A DNA stretch of 64,000 nt from Candidatus Aceula meridiana (GCA_030765185.1 JAVCDE010000024.1:187538-251537), one strand, 5' to 3'; numbered from the stretch's first letter, positions 48,788-59,914 are shown. The notes: generated by a model from the sequence alone, not told the origin. Made by a program: numbers and translations.

Positions 48788-51700
48788 TTATCCTTCTTTT
48801 TGTTTCGGTGTAAACGCCTCTGAAGCCATGGCTTGATAAATAGCCCAGCGTTCGTCCACGTCTTGTTGCGCAAGTCCAAAAAGCATTTTTGCTCGCTCAG
48901 GATCAGCTTTCATCAAACTTCTGAAACGGTTTTCTTTTAACGCGTATTCTTCAAAAGTCATCTTAGGAGCTTGAGAGTCCATAATTAAAGGATTCTTCCC
49001 CTCGTCTTTAAGAAGCGGGTTAAAACGAAATAGTGGCCAATAACCACAGTTCACAGCATCTTTTTGATACTGAAGCCCACAGCCCATATCAATACCATGG
49101 GCGATGCAATGACTATAAGCAATAACCAAAGATGGGCCAGGATAATGTTCAGCTTCTAAAAGTGCTTTAACAGTATGCTCGTCTCGGGCACCGATGGCAA
49201 CATTAGCAACGTACACATTGCCATAGCTCATAATCATGCGTGCTAAATCTTTTTTAGGCGCCGGCTTTCCAGCTGCAGCAAATTTGGCGATAGCACCTCG
49301 AGGTGTTGCCTTTGACATCTGTCCTCCGGTGTTTGAGTAAACTTCAGTATCTAAAACTAAGAAGTTAACATCAAAACCAGATGCTAAAACGTGATCAAGC
49401 CCGCCGTATCCGATATCATAGGCCCATCCGTCTCCACCCATAATCCAAACACTCTTTTTAACAAGCGTATCAGCAACGGACATAAGTTGAATTGCTTCAG
49501 GAGACTTATCGTCTTTTATTTTTTCCTTAAGCGTTTCAACACGCTCTCGTTGCTCAAAGATATCAGGCTCTTCGATCTGATTAGCTTCAATAATAGCCTT
49601 AGTTAAATCGCCTCCGATTTTACCCTCAAGCTTTTTAACAAGTTCGCAGGCGTATTGTTTTTGCTTATCAATAGCTAGCCTGAATCCAAGACCAAACTCA
49701 GCGTTGTCTTCAAAAAGCGAATTAGACCATGCAGGACCTTTGCCTTGAGCATTTTTAGACCAAGGTGTTGTCGGCAAGTTGCCACCATAAATAGATGAAC
49801 AACCCGTTGCATTAGCCACAACCATACGGTCTCCAAAAAGCTGACTGACTAAACGAACATAAGGTGTTTCACCACATCCAGCGCACGCGCCTGAGAATTC
49901 AAATAATGGTTCAAGGAATTGTGCTCCACGGACATTTGTCTTTATTTTGCTGCGATCAATGCGAGGAATCTTGCAGAAAAATTCCCAATTTTTAACTTCT
50001 TTTTCACGCAAAGGTGGCTGCGAATGCATATTGATTGCTTTAAGCTCTGGGTTTTCCTTGCTCTTGGCAGGACATGCTGTAACACAAAGTCCACAACCTG
50101 TACAATCTTCCGGCGCAACCTGAAGAGTAAACTCATTGCCGGCTAAATCTTTATCTTTCGCTGGAATGTGTTTAAAAGTCTCTGGTGCCCCTTCGAGGCC
50201 TTTAGGATCATAAACCTTAGCACGAATAACTGCGTGTGGACACACAACTGAACACTTTCCGCACTGAATACAAATATCTTTTTCCCAAACAGGAATCTGC
50301 AAAGCAATATTGCGTTTTTCCCATTGCGTTGTTGCCGTCGGGAACGTTCCGTCAATTGGAAAAACACTAACAGGTAAATCATCGCCACAGGCTTGCATAA
50401 TCTTAGCTGTAACATTTTGTACAAACTCCGGGGCTTGAGCGGAAACCGCAGGTGGCATATCAATGGTGCTTGTGACTTTATCCGGATATTCAATCTGGTT
50501 CATATTTTCAATGGCCTTATCAACAGCGTTGAAATTCATCTGAACGACTTCTTCGCCTTTTTTACCATAAGCTTTTTTAATAGCTTTTTTAATCTCTTCG
50601 ATTGCTTGTTCTTTTGGAAGAACGCCTGATATCGCAAAGAAACATGTTTGCATAATCGTGTTGATGCGTCCGCCCATGCCTGCCTCTTCGGCGACTTTAT
50701 AAGCATCGATGGCATAAAATTTTATTTTCTTATCAATAATTTGCTGCTGAACCGGCTTTGGAAGATTATCCCAAACTTCATCTTTTCCATAATAACTATT
50801 AAGAAGAAAAACGCCTTCCTGATCAATATGCTTTAGAATGTTATATTTCTCAACAAAAACAAACTGATGACATCCCAAGAAATTAGCACGTGATATCAAA
50901 TACGGTGAATGAATAGGTTCTGGTCCAAAACGCAAATGCGATACGGTCATAGCCCCGGCTTTTTTCGAGTCGTAAACAAAGTAACCTTGTGCATAATTTG
51001 GCGTATTCTCACCGATAATCTTAATCGAATTCTTGTTAGCTCCAACGGTTCCATCAGACCCTAGTCCGTAAAAAACAGCTCGCACGCCTTTAGGATTTTC
51101 CGTTGAGAAATTTGGATCATATTCTAAAGATGTCTTGGTGACATCGTCATTAATACCAAGCGTGAAATGATTTTTAGGAGCATCTTTAGTCATTTCGTCT
51201 AAAAGGCCTTTGATCATAGCCGGAGTAAACTCTTTCGAAGACAATCCGTAGCGGCCGCCAATAACCTTTGGTAAAGTTTTAAATTTCGCAGCACCACCTT
51301 CAACTAATGCATCGATAACATCTAAATAAAGAGGCTCAGATGCACCTGGCTCTTTTGTTCTATCTAAGACACCAATGGTCTTTGTCGTTGCAGGCAAAGC
51401 GTCAACAAGATGCTTAATTGAAAATGGTCGATAAAGTCTAACTTTCATAACGCCAACTTTCTCGCCTTGGCTCGTAAGATATTCAATAGTTTCTTGAGCT
51501 GTCTCAACGCCGGAACCCATTAGCACAATAACGCGTTCGGCATCTTTAGCGCCAAAGTATTGAAAGAGCTCGTATTTTCGCCCTGTTATTTTTTCAAATT
51601 TCTGCATAGCCTTTTCGACGATGCCGGCGCACTTATTATAGTAAGGATTGACCGTTTCACGGGCTTGAAAAAAGACATCTGGATTCTGAGCAGTTCCGCG

Positions 51701-52348
51701 AACTACAGGATTATCCGGTGAAAGCGCACGCGCTCTATGGGCAAGAACCAAATCATCAGAAATCATTTGCTTAATATCATCTTCTGCGACTTGGTCAATT
51801 TTAGCAATTTCGTGTGAACTTCTAAACCCATCAAAAAAATGAACAAACGGTATACGTGACTCAAGGCTTGCCGCATGAGAAATTAATGCAAGGTCCATGA
51901 CTTCCTGGATAGAGCCAGATGAAAGAAGTGCAAATCCTGTTCCACGAGTTGCCATAACGTCAGAGTGATCGCCAAAAATCGAAAGAGCATGCGTTGCCAC
52001 AGATCGAGCTGCAACATGAAAAACAGTCGAAGTCAACTCACCTGCAATTTTGAACATGTTCGGAATCATTAAAAGCAAGCCTTGTGATGCGGTAAACGTT
52101 GTTGTAAGTGCTCCGCGTTGCAGTGCACCATGAACAGCGCCAGCAGCTCCACCTTCAGACTGCAATTCACTTACCAATGGCGTTGTGTCCCAAATATTTT
52201 TTTGCCCTTTAGCGGCCCAATCATCAGCCCACTCACCCATACCGGATGATGGGGTAATTGGATAAATTGCCACAACCTCGCTGCACTTAAACGCGACATG
52301 CGCTGCTGCTTCGTTTCCATCGATCATGATTTGCTTCTTACTCATCAT
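48788..52348 (-). CDS. nifJ: Pyruvate:ferredoxin (flavodoxin) oxidoreductase, single chain
   Basis: YPITPSS, GSDGTVGANK, two CxxCxxCxxxCP, GACAGCGE, GGDGWAYDIG. Confidence 0.96.
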   Translation of the reverse strand: MMSKKQIMIDGNEAAAHVAFKCSEVVAIYPITPSSGMGEWADDWAAKGQKNIWDTTPLVSELQSEGGAAGAVHGALQRGALTTTFTASQGLLLMIPNMFKIAGELTSTVFHVAARSVATHALSIFGDHSDVMATRGTGFALLSSGSIQEVMDLALISHAASLESRIPFVHFFDGFRSSHEIAKIDQVAEDDIKQMISDDLVLAHRARALSPDNPVVRGTAQNPDVFFQARETVNPYYNKCAGIVEKAMQKFEKITGRKYELFQYFGAKDAERVIVLMGSGVETAQETIEYLTSQGEKVGVMKVRLYRPFSIKHLVDALPATTKTIGVLDRTKEPGASEPLYLDVIDALVEGGAAKFKTLPKVIGGRYGLSSKEFTPAMIKGLLDEMTKDAPKNHFTLGINDDVTKTSLEYDPNFSTENPKGVRAVFYGLGSDGTVGANKNSIKIIGENTPNYAQGYFVYDSKKAGAMTVSHLRFGPEPIHSPYLISRANFLGCHQFVFVEKYNILKHIDQEGVFLLNSYYGKDEVWDNLPKPVQQQIIDKKIKFYAIDAYKVAEEAGMGGRINTIMQTCFFAISGVLPKEQAIEEIKKAIKKAYGKKGEEVVQMNFNAVDKAIENMNQIEYPDKVTSTIDMPPAVSAQAPEFVQNVTAKIMQACGDDLPVSVFPIDGTFPTATTQWEKRNIALQIPVWEKDICIQCGKCSVVCPHAVIRAKVYDPKGLEGAPETFKHIPAKDKDLAGNEFTLQVAPEDCTGCGLCVTACPAKSKENPELKAINMHSQPPLREKEVKNWEFFCKIPRIDRSKIKTNVRGAQFLEPLFEFSGACAGCGETPYVRLVSQLFGDRMVVANATGCSSIYGGNLPTTPWSKNAQGKGPAWSNSLFEDNAEFGLGFRLAIDKQKQYACELVKKLEGKIGGDLTKAIIEANQIEEPDIFEQRERVETLKEKIKDDKSPEAIQLMSVADTLVKKSVWIMGGDGWAYDIGYGGLDHVLASGFDVNFLVLDTEVYSNTGGQMSKATPRGAIAKFAAAGKPAPKKDLARMIMSYGNVYVANVAIGARDEHTVKALLEAEHYPGPSLVIAYSHCIAHGIDMGCGLQYQKDAVNCGYWPLFRFNPLLKDEGKNPLIMDSQAPKMTFEEYALKENRFRSLMKADPERAKMLFGLAQQDVDERWAIYQAMASEAFTPKQKEG

Positions 52349-52364
52349 ATACCTCTTTCTTGTT

Positions 52365-52491
52365 AAAATTTACAAATTACAATAAACAAATTACAAAAAA
52401 TATTCAAATCTCAAATTACAAAACTACTCTTAATTGTTGTCTACTATTTATTGGGGCTTGTTTGTCATTCGTCTATTGCTTATTGTGTATT
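52365..52491. repeat. Heptamer-periodic imperfect inverted repeat between pckA and nifJ
   Basis: Left arm of ~7-nt units (ACAAATT, ACAATAA, ACAAATT, TCAAATC, TCAAATT); right arm of complementary T/G-rich units (TTGTTTGTCATTCGTCTATTGCTTATTGTG). Confidence 0.65.
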
Positions 52492-54123
52492 CTATAATTT
52501 TGGTCCACCCTTGACGGCCATTTCTTTACCTTTTTCATTTGTCTCAAACGCTTTAAAATTCTCAGCAAACATGATAGCTAATTTCTTAAGCGTCTCATCA
52601 TAAGCATCTTTGTCTTTCCAGGCATTGCATGGATTTAAAACCTTCGCATCTACACCAGGTAAAGATTTTGGAATTTGAAAATCAAAAGTTGAAAAAACTT
52701 CAAATTCAGCATCTTCGATGCTGTCATCTAAAATAGCATCGATAATAGATCGCGTAGCATTAATATCCATACGTTTTCCAATACCATACTTTCCGCCGAC
52801 CCATCCGGTGTTAACTAAATATGCCTTTGCTCCATGATCTGTCATTTTTTGACCTAAGATTTCACCGTACTTCGTAGGATGCAGCAACAAAAACGCCTGG
52901 CCGAAACCGGATGAAAATGTTGCAATAGGTTCCTTAATCCCAAGTTCAGTCCCGGCAACTTTCGCAGTATATCCGCTTAAAAATTGATACATGGCCTGAT
53001 CTTTTGTCAGCTTCGCCACAGGAGGTAAAACACCATAAGCATCACATGTTAAAAAAATAATTTTCTTAGGATGCTTGCCAATAGGATTTGGTTTAACAAT
53101 TTTATCAATGTGATGAATCGGATAAGAAACACGGGTATTTTGCGTCTTTTCAATTGATGTAAAATCTACATCCCCCTTGTCATTAATAACAACGTTTTCT
53201 AAAAGCGCGTCTCGCCTAATTGCATCATGAATTTCTGGCTCTTTCTCTTTAGAAAGATTAATGCATTTAGCATAGCAGCCGCCTTCAAAATTAAAAATCC
53301 CGTGATTGTCGCACCATCCATGCTCATCGTCACCGATAAGATATCTTTTAGGATCTGCTGAAAGGGTTGTTTTTCCTGTTCCGGATAGTCCAAAGAAAAG
53401 CGCGGTATCTCCCTCACCTTCTTTTTCTGCTGAGGCATTCGCTGAGCAGTGAAACGAACCGATTCCTTCCAAAGGAAGATAATAATTCATGATTGAAAAA
53501 ACCCCTTTTTTGATTTCTCCGCCATACCAGCTCCCTAAAATCGCAGCTGTTTTTTCGCCAAGGTTAAAAGCCGCACAAACTTCAGTGCGCATGCCATGGG
53601 CCTCAAAATCTTTAAACGTGGCTTTGCAAGCGTTCAAAATAGTAAAATCCGGCTTGAAATTCTTAAGCTCATCTTCAGTCGGACGGATAAACATATTCTT
53701 AACAAAATGTGCCATCCAGGCAACTTCGGTTACAAGCCTTACGCAAATACGGGTTTCTTCAAATGGCCCACAATACCCATCCATAACATAAAGCTTTTTG
53801 CCGCTTAATTGCTCAGCGGCAGCTTGCTTAACAAACTTCCATGTTTCTAGCTTCATGCGCCTGTTATCCGAACCATTGTCACCGTCTTTCCACCAGACAT
53901 GATCTTTTGAAGTTGACTCTTCAACGATATATTTATCTTTTGGAGACCGGCCTGTAAAACGTCCAGTATCGACAGATACAGCGCCTAAGTTGGTTAGCAC
54001 GCCTTTATCAAACCCTTCTAGAGAGGGGTCCATTTCATGCTGAAACAGTTCCTCATAGGAAAGATTATGAAAGATTTCTTTAATATCTCTTATTCCGTGT
54101 TGCTCTAATATCTTATTATCCAT
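52492..54123 (-). CDS. pckA: Phosphoenolpyruvate carboxykinase (ATP)
   Basis: [41 protein letters not shown]. Confidence 0.96.
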   Translation of the reverse strand: MDNKILEQHGIRDIKEIFHNLSYEELFQHEMDPSLEGFDKGVLTNLGAVSVDTGRFTGRSPKDKYIVEESTSKDHVWWKDGDNGSDNRRMKLETWKFVKQAAAEQLSGKKLYVMDGYCGPFEETRICVRLVTEVAWMAHFVKNMFIRPTEDELKNFKPDFTILNACKATFKDFEAHGMRTEVCAAFNLGEKTAAILGSWYGGEIKKGVFSIMNYYLPLEGIGSFHCSANASAEKEGEGDTALFFGLSGTGKTTLSADPKRYLIGDDEHGWCDNHGIFNFEGGCYAKCINLSKEKEPEIHDAIRRDALLENVVINDKGDVDFTSIEKTQNTRVSYPIHHIDKIVKPNPIGKHPKKIIFLTCDAYGVLPPVAKLTKDQAMYQFLSGYTAKVAGTELGIKEPIATFSSGFGQAFLLLHPTKYGEILGQKMTDHGAKAYLVNTGWVGGKYGIGKRMDINATRSIIDAILDDSIEDAEFEVFSTFDFQIPKSLPGVDAKVLNPCNAWKDKDAYDETLKKLAIMFAENFKAFETNEKGKEMAVKGGPKL

Positions 54124-54245
54124 ATTTATTATTAATCTCCTTTTTCTTTAATATTTAGACTTAGATTAATATATAAAATAATCTCGAAAGTTGCAAAAAT
54201 TATACCACGATTGAAATAAATTGGAAGGATAAAATGTAGCTTATT

Positions 54246-54935
54246 TTAAGCCTTAGTTTCAATCCCTACGCTATAAAGGGCAGCTAGCTGTTCAAATTCA
54301 TCTGCTGTATAATCCGGCTTATCTAAAAGGCTACTATCTAAAATACCGCTTTGATAGCTAAACTTTTGCAAGTCATAACGTTTTGCCCCTTTAATAATTT
54401 CTAGCAAATTCTTTATATCTTCGCTCGAAAGAAACGCTTTACACACCGTTGTGCGGAAATGATAATCTAATCCGGAGGTCATGATTAAATTTATGCTTTT
54501 CAGAATATTTTTTTTATCAACTGCAATACCAGCGGATTCATCATATTTCTTCAAAGGCGCCTTGACATCCATGGCAATATAATCAATAAGCTTTTTATCA
54601 ACAAACTCTTTAACTGCATCCGGATTGTTGCCGTTAGTATCAAGCTTAACAAGAAATCCTAATTCCTTGATTTTAGATAAGAAAACGCCAAGGTCTTTTT
54701 GGATGGTCGGTTCCCCACCGGTTACGACCACTCCTTGCAATTGACCTTGGCGCGTTTTAAGAAAATCGAGAACAGCTTCCTCGCCTATGGCATCAGAAAA
54801 CTTTTCCGATAGCACTAAATTAACATTTTGACAAAAAGGGCATCTAAAATCACAGCCTTGCGTAAAAACAACAGCTGCGACTTTTCCCGGATAATCAATC
54901 AGGGAAAATTTTTGAAGTCCGCCTATCCGCAACAT
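54246..54935 (-). CDS. nrdG: Anaerobic RNR activating radical SAM protein
   Basis: CDFRCPFC, TGGEPT, DTNG; overlaps the nrdD stop. Confidence 0.88.
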   Translation of the reverse strand: MLRIGGLQKFSLIDYPGKVAAVVFTQGCDFRCPFCQNVNLVLSEKFSDAIGEEAVLDFLKTRQGQLQGVVVTGGEPTIQKDLGVFLSKIKELGFLVKLDTNGNNPDAVKEFVDKKLIDYIAMDVKAPLKKYDESAGIAVDKKNILKSINLIMTSGLDYHFRTTVCKAFLSSEDIKNLLEIIKGAKRYDLQKFSYQSGILDSSLLDKPDYTADEFEQLAALYSVGIETKA

Positions 54936-57049
54936 TCTGGTTTTTGAATGCGATAAGTCTTTCTTTGACTAAACTCTTCTTTTTTACCCTTATTCCACTG
55001 CTGAACCGGGCGCAGATAGCCGACAACGCGAGAATAGACCTCACAGTCAGTCTGGCATTTTGGACACGTGGCATGCTCTCCAGCGATATATCCACAGTTT
55101 GAGCAAACACTAAATGTCGGCGTTACTGTAAAATACGGAAGCTTATATTTATGACACACGGTCTTAATAAGATTCTTCAAGGCTTTGGTATCATCAATCT
55201 TTTCCCCAACAAAACCATGTAAAACCGTACCTCCCGTATAACGAGCCTGAAGATCATCTTGCTTATCTAAAACCTCAAAGATGTCATCTGAGTAACCTAC
55301 CGGCAAATGTGTTGAATTTGTATAATAAGGCTCACGTCCTTCTTTGACGCATTCCTCGTTGGCGCAGACAATATCAGGGAAAGCATCCTTGTCTATGCGG
55401 GCCAAGCGATAAGAAACTCCTTCAGCCGGTGTGGCTTCTAGATTATAATTGTTTCCGGTTTCTTCCTGAAATTTTATCATCTTATCGCGCATGTAGTCTA
55501 AAACAAAACTAGCAAATGCACGTCCTCTCTCTGAAGCAATATCTTCCCCAAAAAGGTTTAGGCATGCCTCATTCATTCCCACCAGCCCGATGGTTGAAAA
55601 ATGATTCTTCCAGTATTCACCGAAACGCTCTTTAACACTGCGTAAATAAAAACTGATATATGGGTAAAGATTGCCATCAGTAAATTTTTCTAAAATTTTA
55701 CGTTTAATTTCAAGGCTTTCCTTAGCTAAAATCATCAATTCGTCTAAGCCTTTGAAGAATGTTGCCACATCCGAAGACGTATATCCTAAGCGCGGCATAT
55801 TAATGGTAACAACGCCAATAGAACCGGTTAAAGGTGACGATCCAAAAAGCCCTCCCCCACGCTTTCGAAGCTCGCGGTTATCTATCCTTAAACGACAGCA
55901 CATACTGCGAGCATCATCTGGACTCATATCAGAATTAACAAAATTAGCAAAATAAGGAATACCATATTTGGCTGTAACTTCCCAAAGTTTATCAAAATTA
56001 GGATTATCCCAATCAAAATCTTTATCAATGTTGTAAGTAGGAATTGGAAATGTAAATACACGCCCCTTGGCATCACCCTCAATAAGAACTTCCAAGAAAG
56101 CTTTATTGAACATGTCGATCTCTTCTTGAAAATCCTTATATGTCTCCGGCTTTAATTCCCCACCAACAAGAACATTTTGATCTAACATGTGCTTTGGCGG
56201 ATGCAAATCGCAAGTAACGTTAGTAAATGGTGTCTGAAAACCAACGCGTGTTGGAACATTGACGTTAAAAACAAATTCTTGAAGAACCTGCTTTACATCT
56301 TTATAGGAAAGCTTATCGTAACGGATAAACGGCGCCAAAAGGGTATCAAAGTTTGAAAATGCCTGAGCCCCAGAAGCCTCGCCCTGTAGAGTATAAAAGA
56401 AATTAACAAGTTGACCTAAAGCACTGCGAAGATGCTTGGCTGGTTTTGACTCCATCTTGCCAACAGCGCCCTGAAAACCAACGGCTAGCAAGTCATGAAG
56501 ATCCCAACCAACACAATAAACGCTTAATAGTCCTAAGTCATGAACATGTAAATCACCAACTGTATGAGCATCCTTGACCTCAGGCGGATAAATCTTGTTA
56601 AGCCAATAAACCTTGCTGATCTCAGATGATACGTAGTTGTTAAGCCCCTGCAAAGAAAAAGCCATGTTGGAATTCTCATTAACCTTCCAATCTGCGCGGC
56701 TTAAATATTGTTCAACGAGATTAACATTGCTTGTGGAGCTTATTTCGCGAATTTTATGATGCTGGTCGCGATAAATAATGTAGGCTTTAGCTGCCTTCTT
56801 ATAAGGAGAAGAGATTAGAACCTCTTCAACAATATCCTGAACCTCTTCAACGGTTGGAGAACGATCAGTGCCAACAATTTGCTGGGCAATATTAACAACG
56901 CGAAGCATAAGCTTTTCTGCAGCAGCGCGGTTAAATTCGCCTGTAGCTTCCCCGGCCTTTTCAAGGGCACGGGTAATTTTTGCGGCATCAAAATGCTCCT
57001 CGGCACCGTTTCTTTTAACAATTTTTGTCAGGACATCGGTGATCTGCAT
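54923..57049 (-). CDS. nrdD: Class III (anaerobic) ribonucleotide reductase with ATP cone
   Basis: KIVKRNG ATP cone, TFPIPT, MCCRL, EATPAE, CxxC-CxxC and YSRVVGY glycyl-radical motif. Start moved to ATG 57049. Confidence 0.95.
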   Translation of the reverse strand: MQITDVLTKIVKRNGAEEHFDAAKITRALEKAGEATGEFNRAAAEKLMLRVVNIAQQIVGTDRSPTVEEVQDIVEEVLISSPYKKAAKAYIIYRDQHHKIREISSTSNVNLVEQYLSRADWKVNENSNMAFSLQGLNNYVSSEISKVYWLNKIYPPEVKDAHTVGDLHVHDLGLLSVYCVGWDLHDLLAVGFQGAVGKMESKPAKHLRSALGQLVNFFYTLQGEASGAQAFSNFDTLLAPFIRYDKLSYKDVKQVLQEFVFNVNVPTRVGFQTPFTNVTCDLHPPKHMLDQNVLVGGELKPETYKDFQEEIDMFNKAFLEVLIEGDAKGRVFTFPIPTYNIDKDFDWDNPNFDKLWEVTAKYGIPYFANFVNSDMSPDDARSMCCRLRIDNRELRKRGGGLFGSSPLTGSIGVVTINMPRLGYTSSDVATFFKGLDELMILAKESLEIKRKILEKFTDGNLYPYISFYLRSVKERFGEYWKNHFSTIGLVGMNEACLNLFGEDIASERGRAFASFVLDYMRDKMIKFQEETGNNYNLEATPAEGVSYRLARIDKDAFPDIVCANEECVKEGREPYYTNSTHLPVGYSDDIFEVLDKQDDLQARYTGGTVLHGFVGEKIDDTKALKNLIKTVCHKYKLPYFTVTPTFSVCSNCGYIAGEHATCPKCQTDCEVYSRVVGYLRPVQQWNKGKKEEFSQRKTYRIQKPECCG

Positions 57050-57126
57050 CGGGTAAATCCCCCCTTCTTTGAGAAAATAATTTAGATGAATGGAATAAAA
57101 TAACAAGTCTTCAAAATCCTAAATAC

Positions 57127-57181
57127 ATCATAGACCACTATATATTGTGTGTCAATAGCTTTTTTTTACAATATATAGTGT
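57127..57181 (-). promoter_or_regulatory. nrdD promoter with tandem NrdR boxes
   Basis: CCACTATATATTGTGT (57135-57150) and TTACAATATATAGTGT (57166-57181), 31 bp apart; TTGACA-17-TATGAT overlaps box 1. Confidence 0.88.
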
Positions 57182-57205
57182 TAGTGGACAGACCTACAGA
57201 AAGAG

Positions 57206-57985
57206 CTACTTTCGGAATTGGCCATGACGAGAGGTTGTTTTTTTCTCGTCAAAAGGATGGTATTGTTTTTGTTCGAGATCGTAAACAGAAACAACATACA
57301 GACCATCAAAGGCTTTTTTAATATCATTTAAATCGCCTCTTGTCAAAGGTTTTGTTCCGCAAGGACGAAGCGGGGTGTTCAATTGGACTTCATCTGGGCT
57401 GATCTTACGGGCCAAATTAGCAATTTCCTCCACTTTATTTTTGTTTTCCTCCAGGAGCATTATCTGCAAAGCAAATTTTCCCTTAAAATCCTTTTTAAAA
57501 ATATGCATCGCATCAACAAGCTGATCAAAAACAAGTGCGTCAGAAGGCTGATTCACATTTTGAAATATTTTTTCATCACTTGCATCAAGCTTGGCTAAAA
57601 CAAAATCGGCAAGACTTAAATCTTGCTGTACATCAAGGCGGGTCATCAAAGAAGAATTGGTAATGACAGCGATCTTTTCTTGACGGAGAAGACGAACTTC
57701 CTTTATCATCTCGCCTAAATTTTTTGCCAAAGTTGGCTCCCCTCTTCCGGAAAAAGTAACATGATCGATTTTAACTTCAGGCAATTCTTTTATTTCATTA
57801 ATAATATTTTGGGTAGGGACAAAGACTTTACGCTCGTTTGTGTGCTGCTGTGTTTTTCCTAGCTGACAATAAGTACAGTCAAAATTACAAATCTTCTCGT
57901 CACAAGAAATCGGATCAACGCCTAAGGACATTCCTAAGCGCCAAGAATAAACGGGACCATAAATATATTGATACTGACAGGACAT
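57206..57985 (-). CDS. Radical SAM protein (Tyw1-like, COG0731 type)
   Basis: GPVYSWRLGMSLGVD, CNFDCTYC, SGRGEPTL, ITNSS. Confidence 0.8.
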   Translation of the reverse strand: MSCQYQYIYGPVYSWRLGMSLGVDPISCDEKICNFDCTYCQLGKTQQHTNERKVFVPTQNIINEIKELPEVKIDHVTFSGRGEPTLAKNLGEMIKEVRLLRQEKIAVITNSSLMTRLDVQQDLSLADFVLAKLDASDEKIFQNVNQPSDALVFDQLVDAMHIFKKDFKGKFALQIMLLEENKNKVEEIANLARKISPDEVQLNTPLRPCGTKPLTRGDLNDIKKAFDGLYVVSVYDLEQKQYHPFDEKKTTSRHGQFRK

Positions 57986-58015
57986 ATAAAGGAAAGTTAA
58001 AAAGAAATAAAGAAA

Positions 58016-58408
58016 TTACTTTTTTAAAAGCTCTTTGATTTTGCCTAAAAGCTCATCTCGTTCAAAAGGTTTAGCAATTGTTTCATACCAATCTTCATCG
58101 ATGTTAATTTTTAAAGACCCATGGCGTTCTTCTTCAGGCTTGACCATCGCGGTGATAAACAAAACCGGCGTTGTTTTAAATTCAGGATAATTTCTCAATA
58201 CTTTGATTGCATCTGCGCCGCCCATATCCGGCAAAAGGACATCCATCAAAATAAGATCCGGGGCGACCTCTTTAGCCTTATCAATACTCTCTTTCGCTGT
58301 TTTCGCCGTTACAACTTCATAGCCGCCTTCCAAAACATCTTTTTCAAGAACTTTAAGAATATCCGGTTCATCGTCAACTATTAAAATCGTTGCCATCATC
58401 GCCCCCAT
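58016..58408 (-). CDS. Single-domain response regulator
   Basis: ILIVDDE, ILMDVLLP, ITA, AKPF; the exact start among several ATGs is uncertain. Confidence 0.85.
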   Translation of the reverse strand: MGAMMATILIVDDEPDILKVLEKDVLEGGYEVVTAKTAKESIDKAKEVAPDLILMDVLLPDMGGADAIKVLRNYPEFKTTPVLFITAMVKPEEERHGSLKINIDEDWYETIAKPFERDELLGKIKELLKK

Positions 58409-58480
58409 TGTAAAATGATTATTGTGTTAGCTCTATTTTATCGTACGACGAAAAAACCACAAATAAATACTTATAAATCT

Positions 58481-58903
58481 CTATTTTGAAAGGGCAATGT
58501 TTAAAACATCATGGCGGCCTAGGACACCAACAAGCTTTTCGCCATCATAAACAGGCAGGGTATGAACATTCTTGCGATGCATAATGGCAATAGCTTTAAC
58601 AACCTTATCATTTTTTTGAAGCGCAACGACCTTGCGACTAGCATACTTGCTGACAGGATCATCACCAATTTTGCCTAGTTCGTCAATGCGGTGAATACCT
58701 TTTTCAACTCCCTCTGCCATCAACCGCAAAAGATCAGTTGTTGTAAAAATACCAGCGAGTTTATTCTCATCGGTATCAGAAACAACTAAAATTCCATTAA
58801 TTTGATAACGAAAAAGTAAGTGAGCGACATTGCCAACCGAGGTACTTTCTTTAACCTTAATCGGATGGTCGCACATGATGTCTTCTAGAGAAATGTTCAA
58901 CAT
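58481..58903 (-). CDS. CBS-pair protein
   Basis: EDIM, LAGIFTTTDL, LPVYD..LVGVL..HDV. Confidence 0.87.
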   Translation of the reverse strand: MLNISLEDIMCDHPIKVKESTSVGNVAHLLFRYQINGILVVSDTDENKLAGIFTTTDLLRLMAEGVEKGIHRIDELGKIGDDPVSKYASRKVVALQKNDKVVKAIAIMHRKNVHTLPVYDGEKLVGVLGRHDVLNIALSK

Positions 58904-58912
58904 ATTCTTACA

Positions 58913-59437
58913 TTATCCTCCAGCAATCTCGCCGTTAGGTTGAAAAACTGGCAATGCCCTTGCTCCCAATTCTTTATCCATCATTAAAATACCGGCAGGC
59001 TGATTCACAACATATTTTAATTTTCCTAAAATATCAGATGGATTCTTTTCCTCTTCTACCTGTTCTGTAACAAACCACTCTAGAAATATCAGCGATGCAT
59101 TGTCATTAATTTCCTTGGCTAAAGTATAAAGATCGTTGATGCTTGCTGTGACAAACTTTTCATGTTCTAAGGTCTTTTTAAAAACATCTTCAGGTGAAAC
59201 ATATTTTGCCGGCGGCTTATCAATAGCCTCTAAGATAACTGTGCCCCCTCTTTCATTGATATAATTAAAAAATTTCATCGCATGAGAGATTTCTTCTGCA
59301 GCCTGAATTTTCATCCATTGAGCAAACCCACCTAAATTTTCTGCCTCAAAATAAGCCACCATCCCAAGATAAAGATACGAAGAATACAACTCCTTCGTAA
59401 TCTGCTCGTTCATGGCTTTTTCCATCTTTTTATCCAT
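58913..59437 (-). CDS. ftnA: Non-heme ferritin
   Basis: ELYSSYLY, EEISHA, LEHE, FLEWFVTEQVEEE. Confidence 0.92.
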   Translation of the reverse strand: MDKKMEKAMNEQITKELYSSYLYLGMVAYFEAENLGGFAQWMKIQAAEEISHAMKFFNYINERGGTVILEAIDKPPAKYVSPEDVFKKTLEHEKFVTASINDLYTLAKEINDNASLIFLEWFVTEQVEEEKNPSDILGKLKYVVNQPAGILMMDKELGARALPVFQPNGEIAGG

Positions 59438-59463
59438 AAGGTTTTCCCTTTCTCGTTCTAAAA

Positions 59464-59856
59464 TTATTCAACAACTAACGGCTTTGCATTTTCCCAAAGC
59501 CCATGAATATTGCAATAAGATGTTGCTAAAATCGTTCCCGATTTTTCTGTCTTCAGACTAACAACAGCCTGCGGAACGGTATAAATCGTAGACGTGTTCG
59601 GCCCTTGTGCTGATGCGCCATGTGAAGAAAATTCAAACTTTCCAACTTCTAAAGCAAACTTCTCACCATCCGGTAAAAAATAAACAACAATAGAACTAAT
59701 ATGATGCTCAGTAGTGTTCGGGTGAGCGATTTCTTTTCCAACGCCGACGGTGATAGCAACGACTTCGCCTTTTTTGACCTTTTCCGAGGCGTCAATCGAA
59801 GGCACATGTTTTTCAGCCTTCCAGTCCCCGCTTTGATAAAGCTCTTTAATGCTCAT
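59464..59856 (-). CDS. Class II superoxide reductase (neelaredoxin)
   Basis: EKHVP, HPNTTEHHI, YCNIHGLW. Confidence 0.93.
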   Translation of the reverse strand: MSIKELYQSGDWKAEKHVPSIDASEKVKKGEVVAITVGVGKEIAHPNTTEHHISSIVVYFLPDGEKFALEVGKFEFSSHGASAQGPNTSTIYTVPQAVVSLKTEKSGTILATSYCNIHGLWENAKPLVVE

Positions 59857-59914
59857 AAGTATTTCCTCCGTAAAAAAAATAGTATACTCTATTTTTAGAA
59901 AAATTTGGACATTT

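Noticed and set aside
54923-57049. Intein or intron in nrdD
   Set aside because: The ORF is uninterrupted, of normal length, and shows no splicing motifs.
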